59,845 nucleotides of DNA from Negaprion brevirostris (taxonomy: Eukaryota): contig JARDVH010000193.1 in assembly GCA_030324005.1 (NCBI GenBank), forward strand, positions 79,748,636 through 79,808,480. Reading direction: 5' to 3'. The notes beneath the pieces are model-generated. The model saw only the letters and a program-made list of their open reading frames with translations. It ran no database searches and was not told the origin of the DNA. This document shows, piece after piece, positions 25,445 through 39,015 of the stretch. Made by a program: the position numbers and the translations under genes. Numbering within the stretch: position 1 is the stretch's first letter; each line of letters starts with the position of its first letter.

Positions 25445-25735
25445 TAAGTCAGACCATGAGAGGCATGCATAGGGTGAATGCACTATCTTTTTCCCAGGGT
25501 TGGGTAATCAAATGAGGGGAAAGAATTAATGGGAACCCGAGGAGCAACTTTTTCAGGAGGTTGGTACATATGTGGATGAGCTGCCAGAGGAAGTGGTTGA
25601 GGCAGGAACATTGACACCATTAAAAGGGCATTTGGACAGATACATGGCTGAGAAGAGGTTTAAAGTGATATGGAGTTGGCTTAGATTGGCACTCTAGTCA
25701 GTGTTGACCAAGGGCCTGTCACCACACTTTTGAAT
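25445..25735 (+). mobile_element. CR1-clade LINE 3' fragment
   Basis: atgagaggcatgcatagggtgaatgcac..ctttttcccaggg..gagctgccagaggaagtggttgaggcagg..ttaaaagggcatttggacagatacatgg. Confidence 0.8.
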
Positions 25736-27628
25736 CAATAAAAACACTAGATCATTGGATACCAAGGACTCCAGTTTGAGTCTTCAGTTTTAACAGATTA
25801 ATACAATTTAAAATATAGATTTCAGAATGTGTCATTGTGCAGTAGGGTGGAGAGCAGGTTGGGATAAATTTTCATGACTTTCCTGATCTGTTGATGAGCC
25901 CAGGAATTTTTCCATCCTATCCACGTTTATAGGTAACTATCTACAAGGGATCAGGGAGTATTTTCTGCACCTTATCTACTTTCTGCTGTTTGATAATAAA
26001 CTGCAGAAATGTTGTTTCATTTCCTGTATTAAACATAAAGCCTACAAAGCTACTTCCTCATGAAACTAAATGTACCTTTTAAAAGAAACTGAGTTTAACA
26101 CTGCAAAGCAAAACTTGGCAGCATGTTGGGCTGAGGAAATACCTCCCTGCAGGTGTCAGAAATATGAAATTGAAGACTTTGCTCCCTGCAACTGTTTGTT
26201 AGGCACTTCCACTTGCCAGTTAATTGATTAAGACAAATTATTTAGGAACTTGCAGCTGCCTGATCTGTCCATTTTGGATTAAAAATGGAGTTGCCCTGAT
26301 GTCCAACTTTTGAGCACTGATTTAGAGCCAAATGAAGCTTTGATTTTTGACTACACTCATTGGTTAGCTGCTCAATGCTACTTTTTTATTTTTCGCAAGT
26401 ACATGTGATTCAAAATTCCAACATGGTTGCCTGTAGTCCATTTTAGTGATGCTATTAAACTACTTTTTTAAAAGTAGAGGAATTTCTTTCCTCTACAGCT
26501 CCATATAGTGCTGCAAACTCCATTTCAGTAGTTTCCCATGAGACTCTTGTGGTTGGTTTTAAAATGTAGTTAACTTTGGACACAGTCAACCAACTGAACA
26601 ATACTGATGTGGGGTGTGTTAGGGTGCAAGAGTTCCAAAAATTGTTTTAATTGTGGAGTAGGATTTGCCTGTTAAGGGAATTGCACAAATGGATGAGATA
26701 GTAAACTGATGAACCCACTTCCTGAGAATTCACAACGATATTCCAGACCCCATGATCAGTGTCTTAGCTGGCTGTCCCTCCTTGCCACAATTTAACTGAC
26801 TGTTTTTTCTATTGCTGTTTGTCAGACTTTGCTGAAAATTATTTGCTGAGCTTGCCTACATTTTGCTTAATTTCAAAAATAATTATGTAAACCATTTGAG
26901 TTGAGATACAAGTACAGACTTTGGTCTTGAACCAGATTTGAATTTCAAACTTCAACTCAAGACTGATTTATATTTAAGATTGTGCCTCTGCCAGGCAAAT
27001 GAGTAAAAGTAATGGCTTGGGAGAGTTCAGAGTCAGGAAATTTGTCTTGTTGAACATTTTTAGAAGTTCCAAGTCCATCTGGGATTAAATCGCATGGCTT
27101 TTGTAAGGACTAAGAGACGACCCTTGGTTCTTTTTAGATGAAAAGTTGAGATAATGAGGTCCTTGACCTGTTGTGTTGCAGTTCACATTGTGTACTTGTG
27201 ACTTAGTAATGTAAATACTCTGCAGCTTGTTGCAAACTTGTTTATTGGTGTCTTTTAGCATGCCATAATTGAAATAGGAATTTCACAATAGAAGCAATGG
27301 CAAAATCTAATGGGTTAAGCTTTCTTGCACTTCTAAGTTGAACCACCTAGGAAGCTAAAATTCCAAGTTAATTGAAATGTTCAGTGTTTGCATTCTTGTG
27401 CTGATTTTTTTTTAATAAACTCCCATTGTGCACAGTAAATCACAGTGAAGGTCCACTCTAGCTTTCAGCAGGACTTTGGTAGGAATTTGACATTTGTTTG
27501 ACATTGTCCATGATAAAGCCATTTTTTTTAAATCAGAGGACCATAGCACTGTTGAACTGCAATGTGGATAAAATCACTGCACTGATAGTGAAAGCAGTGG
27601 GACTTGAGGGTGGGGTGAGGGAGGCAGA

Positions 27629-27985
27629 GGAGGCAATGGCCTGGTGGTAGTAATATTGGACTGGTAATGCAATGGCCAAGGCTGTTGATCTTGGGATATA
27701 GGGGTAGCTGCTGGAATTTTAAGTTTTTAACCTGGAACTGAAAGCTAGACTCCAATTGTGATCATTATCAATATTGTAAAAATCCATTTTGCTCACTAAT
27801 TTCCCTTTTTTTTAAGGGAAATTTACTGATCTGGCCTACATGTAACTCCAGATGTACCCATATTGCGGTTGCCTCAAAATGGTTCTCTGAAATGGGCTAG
27901 CAAGCCACTCCAAATCAAGGACAATTGGGGATGGGCAATAAATGCTGGCCCAGCCAGTGACGCCCTTCCTTTTTTTGAAATAATT
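27629..27985 (+). mobile_element. tRNA-headed SINE (second family) with LINE-derived tail
   Basis: Head gaggcaatggcctggtggtagtaat..ggactggtaat; body tctggcctacatgtaactccaga; tail ggacaattggggatgggcaataaatgctggcccagccagtgacgccc. Confidence 0.75.
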
Positions 27986-28486
27986 AAAGGGAAGTTCAAA
28001 TCTGCCACTGTAGTTGCACTGTGTATAATTTGTCGTGGTTTTAGTGGGACTGAATTGATTGTACGAGGGAGAAAGGGACTGATGGCCACCAGATCTCAAA
28101 TCAGGTTTTACTCTTTAGAGCTTAACCCTGCAGACCCAAGTTATGCAAAAGTGGCTGGAGAAATCTTTGGAATATGCAGAGTAAATAACTTGATGCTGTT
28201 TGCAATTAAAAACCATGTGCTGCAGTTAGGTTATAGTTTGCTCACCACTACNNNNNNNNNNNNNNNNNNNNNNNNNNNNNNNNNNNNNNNNNNNNNNNNN
28301 NNNNNNNNNNNNNNNNNNNNNNNNNNNNNNNNNNNNNNNNNNNNNNNNNNNNNNNNNNNNNNNNNNNNNNNNNNNNNNNNNNNNNNNNNNNNNNNNNNNN
28401 NNNNNNNNNNNNNNNNNNNNNNNNNNNNNNNNNNNNNNNNNNNNNNNNNNNNNNNNNNNNNNNNNNNNNNNNNNNNNNNNNNNNNT

Positions 28487-29760
28487 TGAATGGGAATTTG
28501 CAGGTGGTGGTGTTCCGATGCATCTGTTGCCTTTGTCCATCCTTTTGGTTTGGAGATTGCTATGGAAGGAGGCTGGTCAAGTTGTTCCTTACGCATATGG
28601 TACACAGTTGCCACTGCTTTTAATGGCACAACACTAGTGGAGGGAGTGAATGTTTTAAGTTAGTAGACTGGGTACTGAGGCAAAGCAGTGAGCTTGATGT
28701 GTTGGAGCGGCATTCATCCAGGCGAGGTTGAGTTGTGACTCTTAAATAGTGGATGGATTTTGGGGAGTCAGGGTGGGTTACTCACCACTGGATTTCCAAC
28801 TTCTGATTTTCAGTGTAGTTGCAGCTTTATATGGCTAGTCCAGTTCTATGCCTCACCAATGATAACACCCCAGGTGTTGAGAGGATTTAGCAATGAAAAT
28901 ATAATTCCCTATCAAGAAGGATGGTCAGATCATCTGGAACCAAGTGGCAAGTAGTGTTCAGCCCAAGCCCAAGGTGTCCAGTTCTTGCTGTATCAGTATC
29001 TTGAGGTGTCATGAATGGTATTGAACAATCTTCTTCATAATTGAAACTACTAATATTGGTTGGGCCTTGATCAATATCCTTGAACTGCTGCATTGTCTTG
29101 AGACTAAGCTAATTGGCTTCTAGCAACCACAGCCATCTTCCTTTTGTGATGGATGTAACTCCAGCTAGTGACGAGTTTCCCTCCCTAATTTTCATTTTAC
29201 TCTTGGTTTGCAAGGGATCCTTGATGCTGTATTGGGTCAAATTTTGTCTTAATGTCAAGTCACACTTGCGAGGAGAGAAAGAGTTGATATTTTGAGTCTC
29301 TGACTCTCTGGAGGTCTAAAAAGGTTATGCACATTTCAAGCGTCAACTGTTTTCTCTCCTTGGATGCTGCTGGACCTGCTAAGGATTTCCCACATTAATT
29401 TGTTTTAATGTTTTAGATCAAGACTGTAACCCAATCAGAATGTTGGCACACAGCTTGTTTATTGTTTGGTGAACCCTTCCATCTTTTGATCATTGGAAGT
29501 AGCCTGGGGCAATATTTTGTCTGGCTTTTTGTGGACAGATTGTATCTGGGCAATTTTCCATATTGTCAGTCAGATGCTAGTGGTGTTGCTGTGCTCAGCA
29601 GCTTGGTTAGGGGCCAAAGCTAGTTCTTGAGCAGAAGTCTTCAGTACAAATGCGAGTATGTTGCCAGGGCCCATTGCCTTGATGTCTCGTGGAGTGAATT
29701 AAGTTGACTAAAACTGACATCTGAGATGGCAGGGACCTTGGGAGGCCATATAATTAACTC
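28487..29760 (-). mobile_element. Decayed LINE (family of 48540-49660), with a Penelope-type terminus inserted near 29270-29405
   Basis: gggaatttgcaggtggtggtgttcc..catctgttgcctttgtcc; tatggctagtccagttc; gttgccagggcccattgccttg. Confidence 0.7.
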
Positions 29761-29918
29761 GTCTACTGTTGTTTGGACCTTGTCAGCAACCATATAGTTA
29801 ATGAATGAGTATACTCCATCATTTGTATGTCCTGATGTGATGCCAGTTTGTCCCCACCTCTTCTTTCAAACCTACCAATGGAGGAGTGTTAAATCTCCCC
29901 CAAATGTCTGAAATGTGA

Positions 29919-30236
<318 letters not shown>

Positions 30237-31679
30237 TGAACCAAAACGTCTTAGTAACTTGGCTTCATCTGATCACCTAAATAGCCAGCGCACTGTGTTG
30301 CGCCTTGGTCCTGTAGGGCTGTGTTTGTCCTCTGATTGGAAAAGCAATTTATACTTTGACACCATGACCAGGATGTTGCAATAGTGCTTCAAATGTTTAT
30401 TTCCTGCCAAAGTTTTATCACGCCCTTTAAAACAATGATCTGAATATAACTTTGTGGAGATTGTGATCCATGATGCTTGGAGTGTGCCACAGTTAGCTGC
30501 CGCAGACCTATGTTAAATTGCTTCCATGTGTTACCTTTAAAGCAATGTCATATTAAGTTTTCAAAAATAATAAGATGATATTAAATGAAAAGCACTTCAT
30601 GTAAAACTAGCCAAGCTGTTTTTGCAAAGGTTACTATGGGTGATGTAAAAGATCCTGAAGACAAGGTTTTAAAAATGATCATAACTTTCTCAATATGTAC
30701 TGTTCTCACTTAAAGTCTTACCGATTTGCAGCTCTGAGGCAGTGAAGGAATCCTAATGCCTGTAGTTTGGAAATGTTTCCTGAGCAATCTTATTTTAGCC
30801 TTAAGCATTCTTGTTACATTTAATGTGCTGAATTATCTGAGAACTTTTGTTGGATCACGTCTTCTGCAGAACGAGGGTAAAATGCCTACTTCCCCGGTCT
30901 GCGGTTTGTCATTTGTCTGAGAATATTGAACTGACAGTGCATCCTTACTTTGCAGCTTGTTATGCCATGGGTTTTGTAAAGAGACTGGCGTTGTACTGGC
31001 TAGTTTCATTGGGAATTGTTGTTCTCTTGAGTGAACTGCTACCTTGTGGTGCCAGCACAATTTTTTAATCTGCTCTGCCAATTTTGGTTGTCGTCATTTT
31101 CAATTTCAAGTATCAGAAAACCCTTTTGAGGCCTCTTAGGTGCAGCACTTGATCAAATACAATGCTGCAGCACACCATTACAAGATAATTAAACCACCAA
31201 TGGGGGGTTTTCTGCTGCCCTGTGCTTTAGTCAAGGGCAGGATGTGAGAACTTCCTGTGCACTCAGGATCGTTGAGCAGAGCCACATGCTAATTCTTGAT
31301 GTATAAATACAAGCTGTTCTCTTGCTGTTGAAGTTAGCTGCCTCTCTATTGGAAATTGTTGCACAGACTGCCCAGGATGACAGCAAAAGTTGGTATATTT
31401 TGAGAAGGAACTGGATAGATAGTTGAATAAATAAGGTGAGCAAGATGATGTAATACAACATTTTTAACATCACTGAGAATAGTTAACACAGTAGTTACAG
31501 CACAGAGGGAGGCTATCTGGTCTGTACTGGCTCTCTGTAGGACTAACTTGTCCTGTTCCCTTGCCATCTTGATGTAACCCTACAATTATTTTGTCCAAGT
31601 GCATATCCATTTTCCTTTTGAATGCCTCATACCCTTGGAGTAACTAGCCATTTTTTAAAGGTATTTTTTTAAAGTAAAG

Positions 31680-31897
31680 TTTTTATTAGTAACATGTAAG
31701 CCTTACATTAATACTGCAATGAAGTTACTGTGAAATTCACCTAGTTGCCATGCTCTAACTAGCACTAGTTCTTTCAGAATGTGGAAGGAAACCTACACAA
31801 CATGGGGAGAATGTACAAACTCCACAAAAAGTGACCCAACCCAGTAATAAACCCAGGTCCCTGGTGCTGTGAGGCAGCAGTTCTAATCAGTCACCAT
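31680..31897 (-). mobile_element. HE1-type SINE, tail B
   Basis: ttattagtaacatgtaagccttacattaatactgcaatgaagttactgtgaaa...caggtccctggtgctgtgaggcagcagt. Confidence 0.85.
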
Positions 31898-32450
31898 GCT
31901 GTCCTCGTACAAGACATCAGTGAGGTCATACTTGGAATACCGTGTGCAACTTTGGTCACTCTCTCTCAGGATATTATTAAAGTAGAAAGAGTGCAGAAAA
32001 GATTTACTAGGATGATACAGGGACTTGATGGTTTGAGTTACAAGGAGAGGCTGAATAGACTGGGACTTCTTTCTCTGGAGTGTAGGAGGCTGAGGGGTGA
32101 TCTTATAGAGATCTATAAAATAATGAGGGACATAGATATTGACCATCTACCTTGTCACTCCCCAAAGGTAGGGGAGTCTAAAACTAGAGGGCACCGTTTA
32201 AGGGGAGAGGTACAAAAGGGTCAATTTTTTTTCCAGAGGCTGGTGAGTGTCTGCAACAAGTTGCCAGAGGTGGTGGTAGTAGAGGTGGGTACAATTTTTT
32301 TCAAAGCGTTTAAGATAGTTACATGAGTACGATGGGTATAGAGGGATGTGGGCCAAATGTAGGTAATTGGGATTAGCTTAAGGGTTTTAAAAGGGCAGCA
32401 TGGACAAGTTGGGCTGAAGGGCCTGTTCCCTTGCTGTAAACCTCTTGACT
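31898..32450 (+). mobile_element. CR1/HER1-like LINE 3' end
   Basis: Track ORF 31952..32326 reads DIIKVERVQKRFTRMIQGLDGLSYKERLNRLGLLSLECRRLRGDLIEIYKIMR. Tail catggacaagttgggctgaagggcctgttcccttgctgtaaacctc. Confidence 0.92.
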
Positions 32451-32825
32451 GTCATCTTTTTGTTGCTTTTGCCAATCATTTTAAATCTGTGGCCTCACCA
32501 ATGGAAGCAGTATCTTTCCATCTACTCTTTCTAGACCTGTTATAATTTTGAACATCCATCAAATCTTTTGGCAACCTGGGTCTCTGGATTTCTTGTCCAG
32601 TGACAATACCACTACACCACTGTCTGTCTTTAATGCTTTTAATGTCTCCACCTCTCAAAAGCCTTGACTTGGTGCAAGAAGCTTTTAACTGTATAAATAG
32701 GCTAGTGTTAAAGGAAAATCAAGTCTGGCAGCTGATTGCAGAGCTGCAAGCTGAATTAATTGTGCTGTGTGCTTAATTTCTCAGGAAGTATTGGTCCAAG
32801 ACTTCCTTAGTGTTTTGAAAGATTT

Positions 32826-33066
32826 TTTTTTGTCACAAGTAAGCTTGCATTAACACTGCTGTGTCAATCCTCTAGTCACCTCACTAAGTACCTGTTAGGG
32901 TACACTGAGGGAGAATTTAGCATGGCCAAGCCATCTAACCGGCATGTCTTTCCAATTGTGGGAGGAAACTGGAGCACCCAGAGGAAACCTGCACAGTGAC
33001 CTAAGCAGGGAATTGAATTCAGGTCCCTGGTGCTGAGGCAGCAGTGCTTACTCCTGCCACCATGCT
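32826..33066 (-). mobile_element. HE1-type SINE, tail B
   Basis: ttgtcacaagtaagcttgcattaacactgc..cctgttagggtacactgagggagaatttagcatggcca..tgtgggaggaaactggagcacccagaggaaacc. Confidence 0.88.
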
Positions 33067-33891
33067 GACCTTACTGAAATGCTAATTGTAAACTGTCTCC
33101 TTTGTCATAAACAAAGGGGCGCTGTCTATGATCACAGCTGATGTTAGTGGCTGTTTGTCTATCTCTTATTTTGTGAAGGTACAGTATGACTAGTACTGTG
33201 CCACACTGAATAGAAGGTTCTGGATTTGGTGCTGAGTTAGCAAATCTTAGCTATTAAAACTGGTACCTCCCACTCCCTGTATAAAAGTTGGGATAGGGGT
33301 GTAAGGGGATTAGGTGGGGGGAGTGTGGCGAAATAGCCAGGATGCTCTTCTCATTACCATTTCAATTGTGCATATATGGATCTTGGTTGTAGCCAAGATC
33401 TACTGTTGAATAGACTTTACTGCAAACTCCAGCCTCTTTGGCCAGGATGGTGAGTGCCTTCGAATTATACTTTTTTGTAAATGAGGGAGAATACAAAAAT
33501 TATAACTGTCACAATTTCAATACAGAGCTGATGTGGGTGAGTTGATTAGCATTTAGATACAAGCTAAAGCAATGTGAAGGGAAAAGAAGGTGGTGTTGTG
33601 GGCATAAAGTGGTACACGAGGTGTTTACCCAAAGTCAGTGAACCAAATATTGCAATAGATGGATTCTATTTAACAACACACGATGCAGCGTTTCTTAGTG
33701 AAAGGATATAGTTGCTTTACCACATCCCAGGTGCTGTTTTGGAGAAAAACATCACCTACGTTAGTTAAGAATCACTAAGTTAATACAATTGAGATTTTTA
33801 CAGTTCCTACTTAACCATACCAAGTATTTGGTACATGTAGATTTTTGTATATATCAGGTCAGAACATATATTTTTTAATGGAACAACTTGC

Positions 33892-34127
33892 AGGCACACA
33901 GTGGTTAGCAGTGCTGACTGTCTCCATCAGGAGCCCGGGTTCAGTCCCCAGCTTGGGTCACTGTGTGGAGTATGCATGTTTTCCCCATGCCTGAAAGGGT
34001 TTCTTCCCACAGTCTGAAAGATGTGCTTGTTAGGTGCATTGACTCAAACAAGTGCTGGAGTGTGGCAACTAGGGGAATTTCACAGCAGCTTCATTTTAAT
34101 ATTAATGTAAGACTTGTGACTAATAAG
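33892..34127 (+). mobile_element. HE1-type SINE, tail B
   Basis: cacagtggttagcagtgctg..cccgggttcagtcccagcttgggtcactgtgtggag...gtgtggcaactaggggaatttcacagcagcttcatt..taatgtaagacttgtgactaataa. Confidence 0.85.
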
Positions 34128-36263
34128 GATCCTTTAAACAAAGTTTTTAAGTTTGTGTTTTTAAATGATCATTGTGCAAATTGCATTGACAATTGTGCTA
34201 AGCCTAGTGACACACATCACTGTTGGAAAGACTTGTGACAATTTATTTACTGATGTGTTATTAATGGCAGCAAGACTTATGACCTGAATATCGGGTTGAC
34301 TTTTTTATTAGAATTTTGCGCAAGCCTGGGCATGCTGTGCTCAGTATATTTGCAGTTAATAGTTCTTAAACCAGTGTGTCGCAGCATGAAAAGGGCTGTT
34401 TTGCTCCATTGTTACATGGGTATTGAGGCTCAATTAAGTTGCCAGGTCTCCAGATCAACACATGCCTAACAGACCATTTGGGACATTGCATCTTTGTCTA
34501 GCTTGCTTAACCAAGAAGTACCTCTCATGCACAGCAGCTAACCATTTCCTGCCTTTATGCTCAGGAGTGTGCAGCAACTCCAGAAGATTGAATGTAGCCA
34601 TATATGGCAATGTACTTTTTGACTACCTCAGCCAAGAATATTAGTAATGTCCTGCCAAAGTGACCACAGACATTCCAGTCTCTTGTGTTATGTCTGAATG
34701 AGATGATAGGCTTCTGTAGATCATTTCATTTGTGTTGATTGCCGTCAAACCGTGAGAATGGCTATTTTGCAAATAAAGCCTGTGACTGTGTTCAAAGTAC
34801 AACTCAGTAATTCCTTTGTGCCTAATGAGGAAAAAGATAGGATTTTGGATCAACCTTTCCTTGGAGTAACACTTGAGTCCTAGTTACTTTCAATTCCATC
34901 AAACCGAGGTACCTGAAACCTTGAACGTTGCCTTTCTTCTTGTAAGTATAGCAAGCATTTGTGGATAGATGGTGATCTGTGGTACAAAAGTGGGGGAAGC
35001 ATGATGAGCTAGCAGCCCTGAACTTGCTATTAAAATGTGACTGCACTGTTCAGAAAGACTTGATTTGATTTATTGTTCAACTTCATTCTGCTGAATTTTA
35101 AGGATAAACTTCAAATAATTTGACATTTGAATCAAGTAGTCGTTCAACCGATTTTTTTTTTTTTTTGCTTTGCCCTGTCCTCTCCCCTCCCTTAGTTGGT
35201 CTCTAAATGTTGCAACTACATTCTAGTGGAATTTAGTATTCTTAAGCTGCCTATTTGAAGAGAAAATAGCTTACCCAAGTTCATAGCACGAATGTGCAAT
35301 TGCTCCTTCAGACCCTAGACTGGATGGTCAGTTACCAGGAAAGTGGCAAATGAACCCACTAAACAAAGTTCCTTACCTGGGCCTCTAAACCCACTCATGG
35401 ATCGTCTTCAAGGTAACATGAAGCTTAAAAAGGGAAACCTGCAGGAATGTCAGTTATGATGTACAGCTTGGGAGTGGAGTAAGATTGAAGTTGCTGCCCA
35501 CCTCCAATTAATAAAGCTTAGATGATTACTAGCTGGAAATGCTAGGCAAGGGCAGAAAGAACACATTGAATAGTAAGTACAAGCTGAAATGTGCATATTG
35601 AAATAAGTATTCCCTCCCAAGAAATGCACTGTGTGTAAATAGCCCAACTGTGCAGCTCTTATCTTGCAGATTTCCAAGGGACCATAGCATTTATCAAAAT
35701 AGAATCCATTGGACTCTAGGCAAGCAAATGTGCCCAATGCAAAGTGGCTTTGTTGCAGTAGGGTCTACTTTTTTTGTTCTTGGTGACTTTTTTCTTTTTG
35801 TTTTATTCTTAATCAGTAATTTATTCCTTATGGTTAAAAATCTCCCCCACCCCATCAGTACTGCAACCAGATGAGGAAATCGGGTGAAAGAATTGTTCAA
35901 TTTTAATTTGTACAAAACCAAGTGTACTTATGACCTGCAGCACAGAAGCTGGCTCTTTGGCCCAACTGCTTCAGTGTTTGTTGCATATAAACCTCCTCCC
36001 ACTCTGCTACATGTAATGTTATCAGCATATACTTCCACGTTTTTATCTTGCTGTCGTTTAAATGCGCCAGTTCTGTTTGCCCCAAGCCGACTCCGTATGG
36101 TAACATGTTGCACATACTTCAGGTAAATTTCTTGATTGGATTTGTGACATATGACCTCTTGGTCTTCTGCACAAATGGAAATATTTAAGCTACACTTGCC
36201 CTACTCCTGATTTTGCACTCTCCTGTCTTCTATGTGGCTGTTTATACGTCTTGCAGAGGTGAT

Positions 36264-36537
36264 GGGGAGGCAATAGTGTAGTGGTATTATGCAGNNNNGT
36301 AATGTTCTGGGGACCCAGGTTTGAATCCTGCCACAACAAGTAGTAGAATTTGAATTCCTTAAATAGCTGGAATTAAGAATCTACTGATTGTCAATTGTCA
36401 GGGGAAAAAATCTCCTTCACCAATGCCCTTTAGGGAAGGAAATCTGCTGTCCTTGCCTGATCTGGCCTACATGTAATCCAGAGAATATGGTTGACTCATT
36501 TGTGAGCCCATATCCCACAAATGAATGCCAAAAAAAA
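36264..36537 (+). mobile_element. tRNA-headed SINE (second family)
   Basis: ggggaggcaatagtgtagtggtattat..aatgttctggggacccaggtttgaatcctgccac..ccctttagggaaggaaatctgctgtccttgcctgatctggcctacatg. Confidence 0.8.
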
Positions 36538-36871
36538 TCCAGTTTGGTATTACGCCCTCTACAGGGATCTGTGGGCTTCTGTGAATTGGGTAGTAATTGC
36601 CTAATCAGATTGAATCTCTTTGTGACAGTGCAGTATTTTCCCAGGCTTTTGGAGGTAGTTTTTGGGACAATCCCAGAATGTGGTGTCTAGTTGGTATTCC
36701 CACATGACATTCCCTTCTGGATTGCCTGGAGTAGTGTTGCAGGTGAGTGGGGACTTGAGTCTGCTGATTCCTGGATTGAGCTGTCAGAAGCTCCTCAGTG
36801 GGAGGAGCTTCATTAGTGAATCTTGAAAGGTTTTGATCTACACCATGGCCATTCCAAGACTGCTAGTCAAG

Positions 36872-37170
36872 CACTGTCTGCAGTTTGCACATTCTCCCCA
36901 CGTCTGTGGATTTCTCTAGATTTCCTCCGACAGTCCAAAGGTGTGCAGGTTAGGTTGATTGGCCAAGCTAAAATTGCCCCTTGGTGTCCCAAGATGTGTA
37001 GGTTTGGGGAATTAGGGCAAACACTTGGAGTTATGAGGAACAGGTCTGGGTGGGATTGCCCCTTAATGTCCAGGGATTATGTGGGGTTACAAGGATAAGG
37101 CCTGGGTGGGATTGTTGTCAGTACAGATTTGAGGCCAAATGGCCTCCTTCTGAATTATATGGATTCTGTG
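36872..37170 (+). mobile_element. HE1-type SINE, 5'-truncated, tail A, with an internal duplication
   Basis: gtttgcacattctccccacgtctgtg..cagtccaaaggtgtgcaggttagg; the ttgcccctt..tgtcc..ctgggtgggattg block occurs twice. Confidence 0.8.
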
Positions 37171-37919
37171 ATTCACTGGAGTGCTTTTGCTGCTTGACAA
37201 ATTGAAGCATCTAAGCAATTCTTTGCTGCCAGCCTTCACCACCATGGTATGGCAGCTCCACCTTTCAGCTCAGGGCAAGGAGCAGAGGCCTGCAACGCCA
37301 ACTGCTCCAGGAGTGGCGACAGCTGCCTTCCCAGCAGCACTCCTGATAGAGCAGAAAAGGTGGAAACCAAGATCCAGCTCCAAGGAGGGGAGGCCCCCAC
37401 ATCACGTCGACAAGCAAAAGATGAGCTTTCTTATGCCTGAGATGCTCTTGGGCCCTATTATTGCTCACTGATCCTCCTAGGGAAAAGACTTTTTTCAATA
37501 CACCACATGGTGTTGTGCCTGTCACCTAGAAGGCCAATCTTCTTTTCCTAACCTCTGACTCTTGCCAAATTGTATGCCCTCCCGCAAGAGGTAAGAGGAC
37601 TGATAATTGTTGGTGTGTGGAGGAGGAAAGGATAATGGATACTTTTGTGGAGAGTAACTGAGGCCTGTGTGTGCAGACATTCGGTGGCTTGAGTGATGCC
37701 TACAGGAAGAGGAATGAATAGAACAGCTTCAAGATATGTTGATCTGAGGTGTGCTAAGCAGAAAATGCTGGGAAGTCAGTGTGGGGCTTGGTACTAGAAT
37801 GTTTTAACCTGTCATGCCGNNNNNNNNNNNNNNNNNNNNNNNNNNNNNNNNNNNNNNNNNNNNNNNNNNNNNNNNNNNNNNNNNNNNNNNNNNNNNNNNN
37901 NNNNNNNNNNNNNNNNNNN

Positions 37920-38080
37920 AGACAACTCTGTCTGAGGCCAGAACTCTCCATTCACCTGAAGAAGAGCTTAACCTCAAGCTTGAGTTTACTCTCAAATAAA
38001 TCGGTTGGACTCAAACCTGGTGTTGTCAGACTTTTTACTGTGTTTACCCCAGTCCAATGCCAGCATATCCACATCATAAT
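37920..38080 (+). mobile_element. Penelope-like element 3' terminus (pLTR)
   Basis: ctccattcacctgaagaagagc...aaataaatcggttggactcaaacctggtgttgtcagactttttactgtgtttaccccagtccaatgccagcatatccacatcat. Confidence 0.65.
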
Positions 38081-38779
38081 TCTGAGAAGATTGATCTCTT
38101 CCTATCATCATTCTTGGGTGGGCTCTACAGGACCTCCAAGTAAAAGTGAGATCTAGAGCTCAACTATCCCAAGTTTCCTGTTTTGTGGTTGTTACAGGCC
38201 AAGACAGGGCTGTGTGCCTTTCTGACCCAACCCACGATACCTTTTTAATTAGAAATCTGCTCTTTAAAAAGATGTGGTATTATCACCTCCTTTCTGCAAA
38301 CATCCACACCCCTTTGACTTGTTTAACTGGGCATCTGCAGATCCCGGAAACCTCTAGATTTTTTTTTGTTTGTGACCATTCACTCATTCTTGAGACAGTC
38401 CTACCCCTGACCCCAAGGACAGAGGCCCAGTCTGATTTATACTTAAAGATTATCTTCAGTTCTAGTATCATCCTTAAAATATTTCTTGCACATTCTTGCT
38501 AGCCTCTTTATAGTATGGAGACTAAAATTCCCCTTAGTGTAGCCAGTTCAAGATTCTATAAGGTTTGATTAAAATGTTGGAAATCTGAAATAAAAATCTG
38601 GGGAAGAACAGAGCAAGCCTAGCAGCATCTATGCAGAGAATCAGTTCATGTTTTGTCTGGCTCCTCTTCAAAGCTTCCAGTTTTTAACATGACTTCTCTG
38701 CCTTTTAATGCAACTTTTTTTAAAGAATGAATGCCTAGTTTGTTTTTCTGTCTGTTGCTACCTTTCACGGTACCATTTA

Positions 38780-39015
38780 AGGGAAGGCAGTTCATCAGGG
38801 AGATGTGTGGAAAAACATTTCCACCTAGAGGATGGTGGGAATCTGGTGTTCCCTGCTGAGGGTGGTAGAGGCAAGAACCCTCAAATGTATTTAGATAAGC
38901 ACTTGAAATGCCATAACAGCAAGGCTGTAGACCAAGTGCTGGAAAATGGGATTAGAATGGAAAGGTGCTTGATGGCTGGCACATGATGGGCCAAAGGGCC
39001 TTTCTTTGAATTCTG
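38780..39015 (+). mobile_element. CR1-clade LINE 3' fragment
   Basis: ggtgggaatctgg..ggtggtagaggcaagaaccctca..tagataagcacttgaaatgccataac..gatgggccaaagggcctttct. Confidence 0.75.

Noticed and set aside
27863-28629. Long ORFs of 90-210 aa here and at 51895-52436 and 54423-55146
   Set aside because: Their length comes from translating N runs as X. The real residues are repeat-derived or noise.
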